A stretch of DNA of 64,000 bases from Eledone cirrhosa (GCA_964016885.1 OZ024754.1:8184001-8248000); one strand, 5' to 3'; positions 11,389-23,281 are shown, counted from the first letter of the stretch. Notes: generated by a model from the letters alone, not told the origin. Made by a program: numbers and translations.

Positions 11389-13269
11389 CTACCTTTCCGC
11401 TTCCCGGGGTTCGGGTTGCACGACTTCCATGGGGTCGGGGGTGTTGGGTGAAGGGGTGTCTTGTGGTGGTGTGGGGTCGTCGGTGTGTGGTGGGGTTGGG
11501 GTGTTTGGAGTTGTGTTGGGGAGGGGAAGGGGAGGGGGAAAGCTTTTTAGTAGGACGCGGTTTATGGGTTTGACAGAGGGTGGTCCTACGTCCTCCTTAA
11601 AATCCTTTTTTAGTTTTTGGTAGAGGTTCATTGGGATTTTTATTAGTTTTAAATGTGGGTGGTTTTCTGATGAAACAAAGTTTACACCTTCGGTTTGTAC
11701 CGAAGGATTATTGTATATGAGTTCATTTAATTTATTATTGTTTCTGTTGATGTAAGTATAGTGTAATGTCTTTTTTTCCGATGGTGTGAGTGTTTCGAAG
11801 AGGGGAGGGGCAGGTTTGGTTTTGTTTGTTGCTGGAGGGGTGTTTTCTGTTTTGTTAGATTGTGTTGCGATTTGGGTGGGGGTTGTTTGTCCTTGTGTGT
11901 TTTGCACATGTTTTCTTTTTTTCCTTTTAATCTGTCTGAAGGACTCCGTTTCTTCCTCCGAATTCGTTGGGTTATCTTCAGTGTTGGAGGGAAGAGGTAT
12001 GTTTGCTGGTAATGTTTCCGTGTTGGTTTTCTTTGTGGGGGAGATGGATGTCACTATGTTAGACTGTGTTGTGTGTTGTGTCTGCGGTGGTTGTGTTGTT
12101 TTATTGAGTGAGAGGTTGGGTGGGCCTGTATTTTGTTTTGGGGTAATGTGTTGTGACTGTTTGTGTTGTGGTGGTGTTGTGGTGTTACTGAGGGACGGGT
12201 TGGGTGGGACTGAGTTTTGTTGTTTGTTTATCTGTTGTGGTGGTGGTGGTGGAGCTGGTGTTGGTAGCAGGGTTTTCTTTTTGTTGAGTTGGGGACAAGC
12301 GGCCTTCAGGTGCCCTCTGCCTGCACAGATATGGCAGGACGGCCTTCTCCCCTCCACGCTAATGTTTATATACCCGTGGTCCTCTAATAGGATTCTGTCG
12401 GGTATTTGGGCGATGCGTTCAGGCTTCATTTGTACTACCAGCTCTATACCTGTTCCACTGAACGCATTGCCTGTGGTTTTCCCAATGGAAATCACGTTGT
12501 CATTCACTGGATCGATGAAGCCAGCTATGAGCCAGCAGTAGTCCACATCTGGCATCATTGCATCCAGCCATATGCGTTGAGTTTTTTTCCCCATATAAGA
12601 TGGATAAAAGGTGAAATTTTTCGAACGAATCGGTGACAAAGCACATTTTTTTGCCGCCGATTCGTTCTTCATGATAATTGCTAGGCTTCCATACAGTCTG
12701 TCTTTTCTTATGAAAGTTGTTTCATTCAGTACTTCTGCGAGTACTGTTTTGATATCTGCTTGAGAAGGCTGTTCAGGTTTTTTTGTACTGTTGTTGATGG
12801 TCCGAAACTTGACCGTTCGGCTTTCAATGTCTTTCGTGAATTCTTGAGGCATTTTTACCAATAAAATACCATTCTCACCTTCACTTATGTATTGTTTTGC
12901 GTCCGTGATCCTTCGTACCACATCTGAAATGTTTTCCGCTATATAAGTCAAAGATTTCTTTGTTTTCTGTGCAAAAGAAATCTTGTCGTCTGCTTTGTTT
13001 TCTGATATTATGTTATTTTCAACTGTTATTTTTTTGTTTGTTGTGTCTTTGTTTGTGTTATTAGTATTGTCATGCAATTTTTCAAATTTTTTTTTTTCGT
13101 TGTTTTCGTCATTTAATTTTTTTTCCTCCGCAGATTCGTCCGTTTTTATTTTCATTTTTCCTTCCTTCTCTATGACGTTAGTTGGGAAGGAAGGGAGGAC
13201 TAAAGCGTGCGAGCTTACAACTCTTACCGCTGTCCCCCCACCACTATTTTCGTTCGCTGCGTTTAACAT
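11389..13269 (-). CDS. ORF1: gag-like nucleic-acid-binding protein (626 aa)
   Basis: CCHC knuckle CHICAGRGHLKAAC, P/T/Q-rich tail, basic KRKKRK patch, directly upstream of ORF2. Confidence 0.88.
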   Translation of the reverse strand: MLNAANENSGGGTAVRVVSSHALVLPSFPTNVIEKEGKMKIKTDESAEEKKLNDENNEKKKFEKLHDNTNNTNKDTTNKKITVENNIISENKADDKISFAQKTKKSLTYIAENISDVVRRITDAKQYISEGENGILLVKMPQEFTKDIESRTVKFRTINNSTKKPEQPSQADIKTVLAEVLNETTFIRKDRLYGSLAIIMKNESAAKKCALSPIRSKNFTFYPSYMGKKTQRIWLDAMMPDVDYCWLIAGFIDPVNDNVISIGKTTGNAFSGTGIELVVQMKPERIAQIPDRILLEDHGYINISVEGRRPSCHICAGRGHLKAACPQLNKKKTLLPTPAPPPPPQQINKQQNSVPPNPSLSNTTTPPQHKQSQHITPKQNTGPPNLSLNKTTQPPQTQHTTQSNIVTSISPTKKTNTETLPANIPLPSNTEDNPTNSEEETESFRQIKRKKRKHVQNTQGQTTPTQIATQSNKTENTPPATNKTKPAPPLFETLTPSEKKTLHYTYINRNNNKLNELIYNNPSVQTEGVNFVSSENHPHLKLIKIPMNLYQKLKKDFKEDVGPPSVKPINRVLLKSFPPPLPLPNTTPNTPTPPHTDDPTPPQDTPSPNTPDPMEVVQPEPREAER

Positions 13270-13500
13270 TTCTGTTAGACGATTGAAATTTTTTACACAA
13301 AATTTTTTAAAACAGGTTTTTCACCTCTAGGAGGGGTAAAGATGAGCTGACCCACCGCCTGACAGTTCAGACGGAGGGTCAAGCTACACAATTGTATCAA
13401 AATTAAGTTTGAACTCACAAAATTTCCTCAATAAATTTGAACAAAACTTCTGTGCGAAGTGAATGACATCCACACTGTAGAACAGACGACAGCTAGATTT

Positions 13501-13632
<132 letters not shown>

Positions 13633-13738
13633 TATATATATATATATATATATATAGGTAAGTTATTCCAGGTTGAATCGGAGGTAACCACAGTAAAAAA
13701 GGTACTCAATACATAGCAGAGTATAAAAGTTTTAAGGT

Positions 13739-13823
13739 AGAAGAGATTCTACAGGACTAGAACTGTTTCATTCGTGAGAAATCATCAGGAACGAAACAGT
13801 TCTAGTCCTGTAGAATCTCTTCT
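13739..13823 (-). ncRNA. 31-bp inverted repeat enclosing a hammerhead core
   Basis: Arms AGAAGAGATTCTACAGGACTAGAACTGTTTC / GAAACAGTTCTAGTCCTGTAGAATCTCTTCT; minus strand reads CTGATGA-TTTC-TCAC-GAAT-GAAAC. Confidence 0.6.
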
Positions 13824-13934
13824 ATATATATATCTATATATATATACATACGATATATCGTTTTAGGTTTCTCTAGTTCAGAGGTTGAGTGGCCTATATC
13901 GAGGACTATTTCAGCATACATTTGTCGTTGAATC

Positions 13935-13995
<61 letters not shown>

Positions 13996-14384
13996 CGGGG
14001 GGGAGAGAGACGTATACACACACATATATATATATTCATTCACACATATACATACATACAGACAGACAGACATACACATATATGATGGGAGGTCAGTGGC
14101 TTGTACTAAAATATTTGTGGGTGTCCTATCTTTTGTACTGATTATCTTATCAGTACATAAACATGACTGAGATTCCTTGAATGGTTAGTGGTAATATCAC
14201 CAGCAGCCAACTGAGGTAACAAAAGGTGAACATCCATTTAGTGGAGGACGTGGGTGATGTTAGATTCTCAGGGTTGTACTTGTGATAACCACAACTTTCT
14301 ACCGCCTTATGTCAGGTTTTTTGGGATGTTTTTTTGTATTTGTATTGCTTAATTTTTTGTTTTTATGTGGGTGGCGTATGAGGG

Positions 14385-14498
14385 TGGAGGCGCGTGGCCT
14401 AGTAGTAAGGGGTGTTGGGCTTACGATCATAATGTCGTGGGTTTGATTCCTGGGCTTGGGTTGCGTGTTATGTTCTGAAGCAAAACACTTCATTTCCG
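14385..14498 (+). mobile_element. tRNA-derived SINE family B (5' part)
   Basis: A box TGGCCTAGTAG, B-box-like GGTTTGATTCC; homologous minus-strand copy at 30452-30559. Confidence 0.7.
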
Positions 14499-15086
14499 AG
14501 ATTCTTGTTGTCATCTAAACATTTTGCGAGATGTAATAGCTCTTCCAGCGCATCTCCCTTATCATCTTTCGGGGAAACGCCTTCTCCATTCGTTCCGTCG
14601 GGGCTGTGGGGCGGTCAGCATGTGGGACCCCATTTGCTCACAATAGAGAGAGATGGGGAGGGCGAGAGAGATGGAGGCCATGTCAGTGGGAGTTCGGCTT
14701 TTCCGTGTTCGGACACATTGCACCTGTCATGCGGATCATGTGATATTTTTCTATATATACATTGTGTAGTAAATTTGATATATAATCATCTTGTTCTTAA
14801 TCTACCTCTGGGTCTCCTGACGGTTGACTTTACTCGTCAAATATGTCCAGCCATTCTTTTCTTTCTTTAGATTATATAAGTATGTTCGTAGTACCGGAGC
14901 TATGATTTCTCCATGCAGAGAATTAGCGGCTCCCTCTGTAGTGATTCCTAGATCTACAAGCTATGCACCATCTCGAAGGACTTTACTGCAAAGATCCTTC
15001 GGAGGAAATTCATTTCGGCCGCTTGTGGCTTGTATTCTTAATCATATTCTTTCGGTCATAACCCAAGATTCATGACCATAGATAAG

Positions 15087-15282
15087 CAGACCTGTCAACT
15101 TCCCCCGTCCGAGGGGAGATCTGCCACCCACTTTGGGATGGGTGAGAGATGTCTTCTCTTGTGAAAATGGCTATAGCTTTCATTATGTAAAATCTCCCCA
15201 TTTTGCCTCATTTCTCCCCGTTTTGGGGCACTTTTTTCCATGGTACTCCCTGTTTGGTTTTTTTTAAAGGTTGGCAGGTCTG
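15087..15282. mobile_element. MITE with 13-bp CAG-ended TIRs
   Basis: CAGACCTGTCAAC / GTTGGCAGGTCTG; internal sequence shared, in inverted orientation, with 61882-62255. Confidence 0.7.
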
Positions 15283-15698
15283 AAATTAACATAGGCACAA
15301 ACACCGAAATGAAGATTGCGAATTTGACATTTAAACATATCCAATTGTTCTTAAGCCAACCGGATGTTAAATATAAAGAATATTTGCGTTTGTACTAATA
15401 TGAAGAATATGTGTAAAGTAATCTACAGGGTGAATATTTGGAACGGTGTAAATGTGGAACTATAACAAACAAAATACGATTTATTAGAAGAAAAATTTAC
15501 AAAGAATTGGTACCAGAATTAGGAATCAGGACGGCCAGTGATGGGTATGTAAGTATTATAGTATTATCATCGGGTGAGGTTTAGGCGGTTCGTAGTTTGA
15601 GGTTTGTTCTGTATACAAATTGTTCAAATTTTTAATGGATTGTACATAGAATTGGAACGGTTGTTTATAAATCTTATATGTAAATCAAGAGATTATTA

Positions 15699-16264
15699 CA
15701 CTCGGGTCCCAAATAACAGTTGGGTGAGGGATAAGCAGGGTGTTGTAATAAGAGGGGGGTGGAATAAGAGGGGGTGGAATAAGAGGGGGATGGAATAAGA
15801 GGGGGATGGAATAAGAAGGAGGTTGGAATAAGAGGGGGTGGAATAAGAGGGGTATGGAATAAGAAGGGGGATGGAATAAGAAGGAGGTTGGAATAAGAGG
15901 GAGTGGAATAAGAGGGAGTGGAATAAGAGGGGGGTGGAATAAGAGGGGGTGGAATAAGCAGGGGGTGGAATAAGCAGGGTGTTGGAGTAAGAGGGAGGTG
16001 GAATAAGAGGGGGTGGAATAAGGAGGGGGTGGAATAAGGAGGGGGTGGAATAACAGGGGGGTGGAATAAGACGGGGGAGGTTGAAAAATCGGTAATTTTT
16101 CTAGGTTGACTCCGATGAATTTTCTAAAAACAAAAATTTTGCTGGAGATAGATTAGCAAAATTTTGTAAGCGGGAATAAAGGAAGGCAATAAGAGCGGGG
16201 GCAGGGGGAGAATTCTGAAGAATTAATAAGCAGGGGTGGGGAACGATTATTCGAGACCCCTTCA

Positions 16265-16265
<1 letters not shown>
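15699..16265. repeat. G-rich 15-16-bp minisatellite (GGAATAAGAGGGGGGT)n inside a putative TIR element
   Basis: About 20 units at 15745-16080; degenerate TIRs GGGTCCCAAATAA / TTATTCGAGACCC; TA flanks. Confidence 0.65.
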
Positions 16266-16311
<46 letters not shown>

Positions 16312-16517
16312 TAAGAATATACATATATGTGTGTGTGTGTGAGTGTGTGTGTTTTCTGTGAGCGCGTGTATGGGCGTGTTTGTTTGTGTGTGTGTTTCTG
16401 TACAAGTGTGTGAGTGTGTATGTGCGTGTTTCTGTGCATGTGTGTGAGTGTGTATGTGCGTGTTTCTGTGCATGTGTGTGAGTGTGTATGTGCGTGTTTA
16501 TCTCTGTGTTTGTGTTT

Positions 16518-16556
<39 letters not shown>

Positions 16557-17240
16557 TACGTTTATACAAATTAACTGATATAGAAATGTTTTCGTGGTAA
16601 TGTCTGAATGTGGAGTATGTGATCCTGTGGTGAATAGATCTGCGTTTATACGTTTGCATATATAATGTGTATGTGTGTATGTATTTGTGTATAGGTGTGT
16701 GTGCATATAATGTGTATGTGTGTATGTGTATAGGTGTGTATATATGTGTGTGTGCATGAGCTAGTGGAAAAAATACGGGAAGATATAACTAGGTTGCTTG
16801 TTGGCGTAAATACAGCCGAAGGCGAGAATCTCTTTAAAAATATTTATATATGTATTATTTTTGTTATAAAAATAACGTTTCTATAGTAATGAGCCTGGTT
16901 GCTATATATATGTCACGTGTGTATATATATACACACGTGACATGTGTTATCACGTTCAGATTTTAACATATATTTAAGCTGAAGATTCACACAACACATA
17001 CAATATGTAGGTTTATATATCTTCCCTTTGTATGTGTGCAAGGTATACATAGAAAAGTCGTGTATAAATATATATACTATAGTTGTTAACGCACTGTGGA
17101 GAGATGTACTGTCCTTAATGCGTCGAAACATCAGCTACCCACAGCAGACAGCTGAACAACGGGAATTGTCCATATGTTTGTGTTAATTTACGTTTTCTAA
17201 ACTCTGTCTGTCTGTCTCTGTGTACATATATATATATATA

Positions 17241-17458
17241 GTAATAATAATAAATTTGAAGACTAAAATCCAAAGAGGGCTCGATAAGGATAAATATATA
17301 TCAAATATATAAGAACCGTAGAGCAAATATTTATTAAAATAACAGATTAAAGTTTAAGCAAAGAATCGCCGCTTTCACCCTTAACGGGATCTTCTCGAGA
17401 AGATCCCGTTAAGGGTGAAAGCAGCGATTCTTTGCTTAAACTTTAATCTGTTATTTTA

Positions 17459-17467
<9 letters not shown>
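17241..17467. mobile_element. (TA)n-embedded palindromic element (same family as 34631-34972)
   Basis: ~70-bp arms centred on CTTCTCGAGAAG; leader AGTAATAATAATAAATTTGAAGACTAAAATCCAAAGAGGG identical in both copies. Confidence 0.75.
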
Positions 17468-17495
<28 letters not shown>

Positions 17496-17496
<1 letters not shown>

Positions 17497-17929
17497 GATA
17501 TTAAACAAATGGAAACTATATTTATAAAACCATATTTATTTCATTATACATATTTCGGGGATACCATATTAAAAATATGGCATGCCTTCAGATAAAATAC
17601 AATATATAAACAGTTTTATAAATAATTTTGACGTACCATAAATATTGAGCAACCGTTATGTAGGAAGCCGGTTTGATAGTGAGATGCTTATAAATATTTA
17701 GTGTTAAGCACAGTTAAAAAGAACTACCAAACCGGCTTCCTACATAACGGTTGCTCAATATTTATGGTACGTCAAAATTATTTATAAAACTGTTTATATA
17801 TTGTATTTTATCTGAAGAAGGCATGCCATATTTTTTAATATCGTATATCTACTCCAAAACTTGTCGAGTGCTTTATATCAGTTATAAAATATTTACTTGT
17901 TGTAACCCAACAATTTTAAATAAAACTTT

Positions 17930-17935
<6 letters not shown>
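17496..17935. mobile_element. (TA)n-embedded inverted-repeat element with a hammerhead split between its arms
   Basis: ~115-bp arms (17566-17680 / 17724-17841); combined arms give CTGAAGA-AGG-CATGCCATAT..ATATGGTAT-CCCC-GAAA-TATG-TA then AATAAA; ends recur at 3311, 17964-18113 and 42860-43024. Confidence 0.65.
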
Positions 17936-17967
<32 letters not shown>

Positions 17968-18110
17968 ATTAAATAAATGGAAACTATATTTATAAAACCA
18001 TATTTATTTCGTTATAGTTATATTTAAATTGTTGGGTTAACAACGAGTAAATATTTATATCAGTTATAAATATTTACTCGTTGTTAACCCAACAATTTAA
18101 ATATAACTTT

Positions 18111-18160
<50 letters not shown>

Positions 18161-18167
<7 letters not shown>

Positions 18168-18440
18168 GGGAAGTAAGGTTCTATACAAAACAGTGGATAT
18201 AGAGGAAATAGCACAGAAAATATATTTAAGGGTCTGTTTTTCTTCTTTTTTTTTCCTTTCCTTGATTCGTCAAAGGGACATTATTGAAACAATGAGAGGG
18301 ACACTTATTTTTAAAAAGTTTTATAAAACTTTTTTTTAAAAGAATTGTCCCTCTCCTTTTTTCAATGTCCCTTTGACGAATCAAAGAAAGGATAAAAAAA
18401 GGAAAACAGACACTTAAATATATTTTCCGTGCTATTTCCA
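18161..18440. mobile_element. (TA)n-adjacent imperfect palindromic element (same family as 45681-45880)
   Basis: GGAAATAGCACAGAAAATATATTTAAG / CTTAAATATATTTTCCGTGCTATTTCC and TTGATTCGTCAAAGGGACATT / AATGTCCCTTTGACGAATCAA. Confidence 0.7.
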
Positions 18441-18710
18441 ACTTCACCTTTTCTCTCTCTCTCGTGTGAGTACTCTGTTGACATACATGATTACATGCAT
18501 GCATAGATACATGAAGACACTAGTGTACACATTGATTCATAAGTTAACGCCGCTAGATATTTGAAAGTAAACAGACAGACAAATATAGAAACATTATATA
18601 CAAACCCACGTATACGCACATATATATACACGTACATACATGCATATATATATATATATTAAGTGTATATATACACAAGTATATATATACGCACATATAT
18701 ATACGCACAC

Positions 18711-18753
<43 letters not shown>

Positions 18754-18884
18754 TATATATATATACACGTACATATATATACGCACATATATGCATATAT
18801 ATATATATATATATATATATGGATATGTGTATAAATATTTACACACATGTACACACAGCTGTATATATATATAAATATATATAT

Positions 18885-18922
<38 letters not shown>

Positions 18923-19139
18923 CTGTGTGTACATGTGTGTGTAAATATTTATACACATATGCAGAATTTTTGTAGGTTTCCCACATACCTGAAATGTGTA
19001 ATAACGTATGTAATGAAGTTGGTTATTTAAGGTTTGCTTGGATGGTTGGGCGGAGTGTAATACCACTTGGAGAAGTTCAATGGTTAGTTGTGGAAAAGTC
19101 ATAAATATTTGTGTGTAAATGTTTCAGCCATTTTTCTCT

Positions 19140-19395
19140 GCATGCTTGTGTGTATGCGGTTCCATGTGAATGTGTATTTATAGCTATGTTTTATTAAATG
19201 CTTGTGTGTATGTGGTTCTTTGTGAATGTGTATTTATAGTTATGTTTCATTAAATGCTGGTGTGTATGTGGCTCCTTGTGAACGTTTGTGTATTTGTAGG
19301 TATATTTCATTAAATTCTAGTGAGTATGTGGTTCTTTGTGAATGTGTATTTGAAGCTGTTTCATTAAATGCTGGTGTGTATGTGATTGTGTGTGT
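19140..19395. repeat. ~61-bp tandem repeat (4 degenerate units)
   Basis: TGTGAATGTGTATTTATAG...TTCATTAAATGCTGGTGTGTATGTGG recurs. Confidence 0.7.
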
Positions 19396-19700
19396 GTGTT
19401 TTTTTGGGGGGGTAAGTGTATGTCTAGAAGTATTCTTCGTATATGTTCGTGTTTGCGTTTCTTTATGTGCGTTTCTGAGGTTGTATTCAGAAACAATCTG
19501 TGAGACATGCAAAAAATTGTTGTTTTCTTAATCTACAAGTCTTGGCATACAAGCAAGAACTTAAGAAAATTTTCACATTCTTGCCGCGGATTCTGGTATA
19601 TCCGAGAAACTCCTACTGGCCTTCAATTATATTTAACCAAGCTTAAAACACGTTGCTTCCTTCCGTCATAGCACACTTTATATTTTCACACCAACCATTA

Positions 19701-19905
19701 GGGCGGAGGATTTTCAGTATTGTTAGGGCGTTGAAGACTATGTTTTGTGTTTTTAATTAAGAATTTCTACGTTCAAATCCCATCGATGTCAACTTTGCCT
19801 TTCGTTTTTTTCTTGTTCGAAAAAATTAAGTACCAGTTAACTACTGGGTTGAATATAATCTACTTTCCTATCCACTTAAATTGCTGGCCTCGTTCCACTG
19901 TTAGA
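19701..19905 (+). mobile_element. Old SINE family A-related copy
   Basis: GTTCAAATCC, GTCAACTTTGCCTTTC, AAGTACCAG, TTGCTGGCCT. Confidence 0.65.
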
Positions 19906-20172
19906 GAGCATTGTTACACCAATAATTCCATTGATGATCTCATAAAAAACTATCAAATAATCTATCTTATTTATCTGTCTATCTACGTGTCTTTCTATGT
20001 ATATATTATCATCACATTCGTCAGCACCAGAATTATCATCATCATCAATGTTGTTATCTTAGTCATCATTATATGTCAGCAACCAAGGTTTTAGACATTT
20101 TTTTAGTACACCCTTGGAATTGGGAAATGTTTGTGTTTTAGAAACCTTTTGCTCTCGTTTCTAGACGTGTGT

Positions 20173-20273
<101 letters not shown>

Positions 20274-21250
20274 CGTGTGTACGTGTGTACGTGTGTGTGT
20301 GCGATCGTTTCTTATTCCTCTTCAGTTTCCATCTCCTCCACATTATTGCAATTGGGTTAAAACATGGAGTTTGGGTTTCTCGATTATTCTGCTGACCAAG
20401 TGTGGCCGGAGAGGAAAAAAATATATATCAAACAGATAATACAAAGGCAAACCAATGTTGCCCACGAACTATAGACAATATTTTCCATATATTTAAACTC
20501 AACCTGACCTACCAGATACACCTCACACAAGATGTGAACTATGTTTGTTCCTAATTGTTAAAACTACAAAAAGGTCAACTTTGTCTTCCATACTTTCGAG
20601 ATCTATAAATAAAATACCAATCCTGAACTGGAATCGATTCTTCCTCTATGTCACTTTCTCTGTCCACGTCTCACGCGCGTTCTCGCTACATTTCATTCTC
20701 TGGAAGAAATCGGCTGTGTTCAGTCACAACTGGACAGGGATGGGCTCTGCCATTTTTAAAAAAATGGTTGACGCCCGATATGTCACAACGGCGCCACGAC
20801 GATTCCGTCAGGACTTATGATGGTCCCACGATATGACAAGCATTACAAAAGCTTCGTTGTATGATAACACTAATTAGGTTTCAATATGAACGCTCATTGT
20901 TAATATCTATATACATTAATCAGTAAGAAGAGGAAGTCATAGCAAAACTTAAAAACGATAACAGCAATACATAAAACTATATTCTAGTTGCTAGTCTAGA
21001 GTTTATATGTTTAGTTATAGCAAGTTTGGTGTGTTGTAGGTACAGTGATAAACATTGTAATGAGGGAGAGAGTAAATGTCAGATTGGAGCGTGGGGCTTT
21101 AATGCATGACGTAATATGTATTTATATATATATATATATGTATGTATATCTTTGTTTATTACGTCATGTAAAAACCACCTACATTCATTCATATATATAT
21201 ATATGTGTGTGTGTGTGTGTATGTGTATGTATATATATATATATGTGCGC

Positions 21251-21374
<124 letters not shown>

Positions 21375-21704
21375 GTGTGTGTGTGTATATGTATATATAT
21401 ATATATGTGTGTGTGTATATATAAATATATATATATATATATTTATATATAGTTCGGAATATCAGAAAACAAAAAAAAAAGACAACCGCAGGAGTAAATG
21501 TTACAAATATTATTAGTTTCACGCTTAGTGAGAGTGGCGGGTGTGGTTGCGACGTTTCGGGCATAAGCCTTCATTAGGAGAGTGGGGGCGGGGGGTACTC
21601 CGAGAAGGAGTGAGGGTGGGGCGGGCGGTTAACGAGAAAAGAGAGATAAAAACAAAACACACATATACAAACATACGTACGTTCTTATGTATATTCATAC
21701 ATGA

Positions 21705-21910
21705 TGGCTGCAAACTCTACTAAGAGTACTGCGATTGCTTGGAGGATTATAGAGTTTGATGCACCTTTAGGCTACGGCCAGTCACACAAATCTGTAACAT
21801 TTCCTGAACAAGCAATGCCTGTGATTTGAAAGTTTTTTTTAAGTGGGGAAAGGCCTTGCACTCGACCAATCCCACTCTCTGAGCATCGAAAACACTACCC
21901 GAAAAGGAGA
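21705..21910 (-). mobile_element. RTE-like LINE relic (same family as 7299 and 25613)
   Basis: Shares GGCTGCAAACTCT...TCCTGAACAAGCAAT...CTCTGAGCATCGAAAACACTACCC. Confidence 0.55.
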
Positions 21911-22058
21911 ACTGGTCAACATCATCGGATGCTTCTGAAGCCGCAGGTTTTTTTTTGCTTATTTTTTCAGAGTTTCCCTCTCTTGGAAATGTCTTATGAG
22001 AACAACTGGAGGCCTTTTACTCCCGATATACATACATACACACATGCATACATACGTA

Positions 22059-22111
<53 letters not shown>

Positions 22112-22442
22112 TATAGAACAATTGGTAATGTGTAACTTTAAGCTAGCTAGAACACCATAACAGATATTTGTAGAAGACACATTTACTATGGGAATTACCA
22201 TTTTCAATGACTAAATTTAACCAGGATCAAGATGGCCGTCCGTATCAACGTCTTCTATAAATTACACTGTCTCATTCAGTGTATATTCTGCGCTATTCTT
22301 TCGGGGAAGTCAATTCGCCATTTTGACTGTTCGGATCATGGTATATTTGCATGACAGGGCTGTGTTTCTCTTCGAAATGTTTAGACGAAATAAAATTAGA
22401 TTAAATTATCTAAATGTTTGATATATTTACTTCATGTAATAG

Positions 22443-22586
22443 TTTCTGGTTTAGGCAAAATGCAAAGAATCGGAAGAGGGGGGGGGGCTGAGTCGATAAA
22501 ATCGACCACAGTGCGTTACTGGTACTTTATTTTATCGACCCTGTAAGGATGAAAGACAAAGCTAACCACGGTGGGATTTGAACTCG
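22443..22586 (-). mobile_element. SINE family A, long variant, partial
   Basis: GTCGATAAAATCGAC plus GGTACTTTATTTTATCGACCC...GGATTTGAACTC. Confidence 0.75.
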
Positions 22587-22927
22587 AAGTTTACGTCATT
22601 TAATAACTTTGATACTGTGTAAATTCACAAAGAAATAAGCTGAACTATAAAAATAATTTTTTTAAAAGATTAGTGTAAAATATAGCAGGACATGCTTGAC
22701 ATAGAAGCCAGAGGATAGGGTAATACTAACATAATATAATTAGACAAGAAAAGTTAATTAATTAGAATTTGAAACCACCATGATGAGGAAAAACAGTCAT
22801 TAATTTAATGAGAATTTATGCCCAACAGTCTAGTAATGCAACACTGAAACTTTAGTTAACTAAAATTAATTAAAGTTTGCTTATGGAAAATGTAGTGGAA
22901 GAGTTAATCTTAATTTTACGGTGACAT

Positions 22928-22968
22928 CTTCGGACATGTTTCAGTCTTATTGAACCTCCTCAGAGAAA
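22928..22968 (-). ncRNA. Minimal type-I hammerhead ribozyme motif
   Basis: TTTCT-CTGAGGA-GGTT-CAATAA-GACT-GAAA-CATG-TC-CGAAG: intact core, palindromic stem III (ACATGT), GUC site. Confidence 0.7.
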
Positions 22969-23059
22969 CGACCTTACCAGGACTGCCAGACAAAGTGGAT
23001 ATGAAACATTATATAATGTTCCTTCTAAAACCTAATTCTAATTTAGACGCAGCATAATA

Positions 23060-23270
23060 GAAGGGTTAAGAAGTTCACTATGTAATCAGTTGGTGCCTTG
23101 TTTGGTCCCATTCCCTGGTATTTGGGGTAAGTGCCGTTTATCGTAGCGTAAGTTCGATCCAAGCTTTGGAAATGAAATTTGGTTGACAGAAACTGTTCGG
23201 CAGCCCGTTTAATGGACTGAACCAGTAATCCAAAAGGTTAGTTTTGTCACTCACTTGCGGCACCCTGAAT
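23060..23270 (+). mobile_element. Old tRNA-SINE family C
   Basis: Shares ...GAAATTTGGTTGACAGAAACTG...AGCCCG with 40058-40390 and 61500-61840; related downstream segments at 2280-2450, 4870-4935 and 23485-23565. Confidence 0.5.
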
Positions 23271-23281
23271 CTATTAGAATA

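Larger units (their letters stand above)
7703..13500 (-). mobile_element. Full-length Tx1-clade (L1 group) non-LTR retrotransposon inserted in (GATA)n
   Basis: Two long intact ORFs, ~230-nt 5' UTR, ~215-nt 3' UTR ending AATAAAGAAA; (GATA)n on both flanks. Confidence 0.93.

Noticed and set aside
11786-12541. 251-aa + strand ORF and other ORFs overlapping the LINE
   Set aside because: Antisense shadows of ORF1/ORF2 caused by compositional bias
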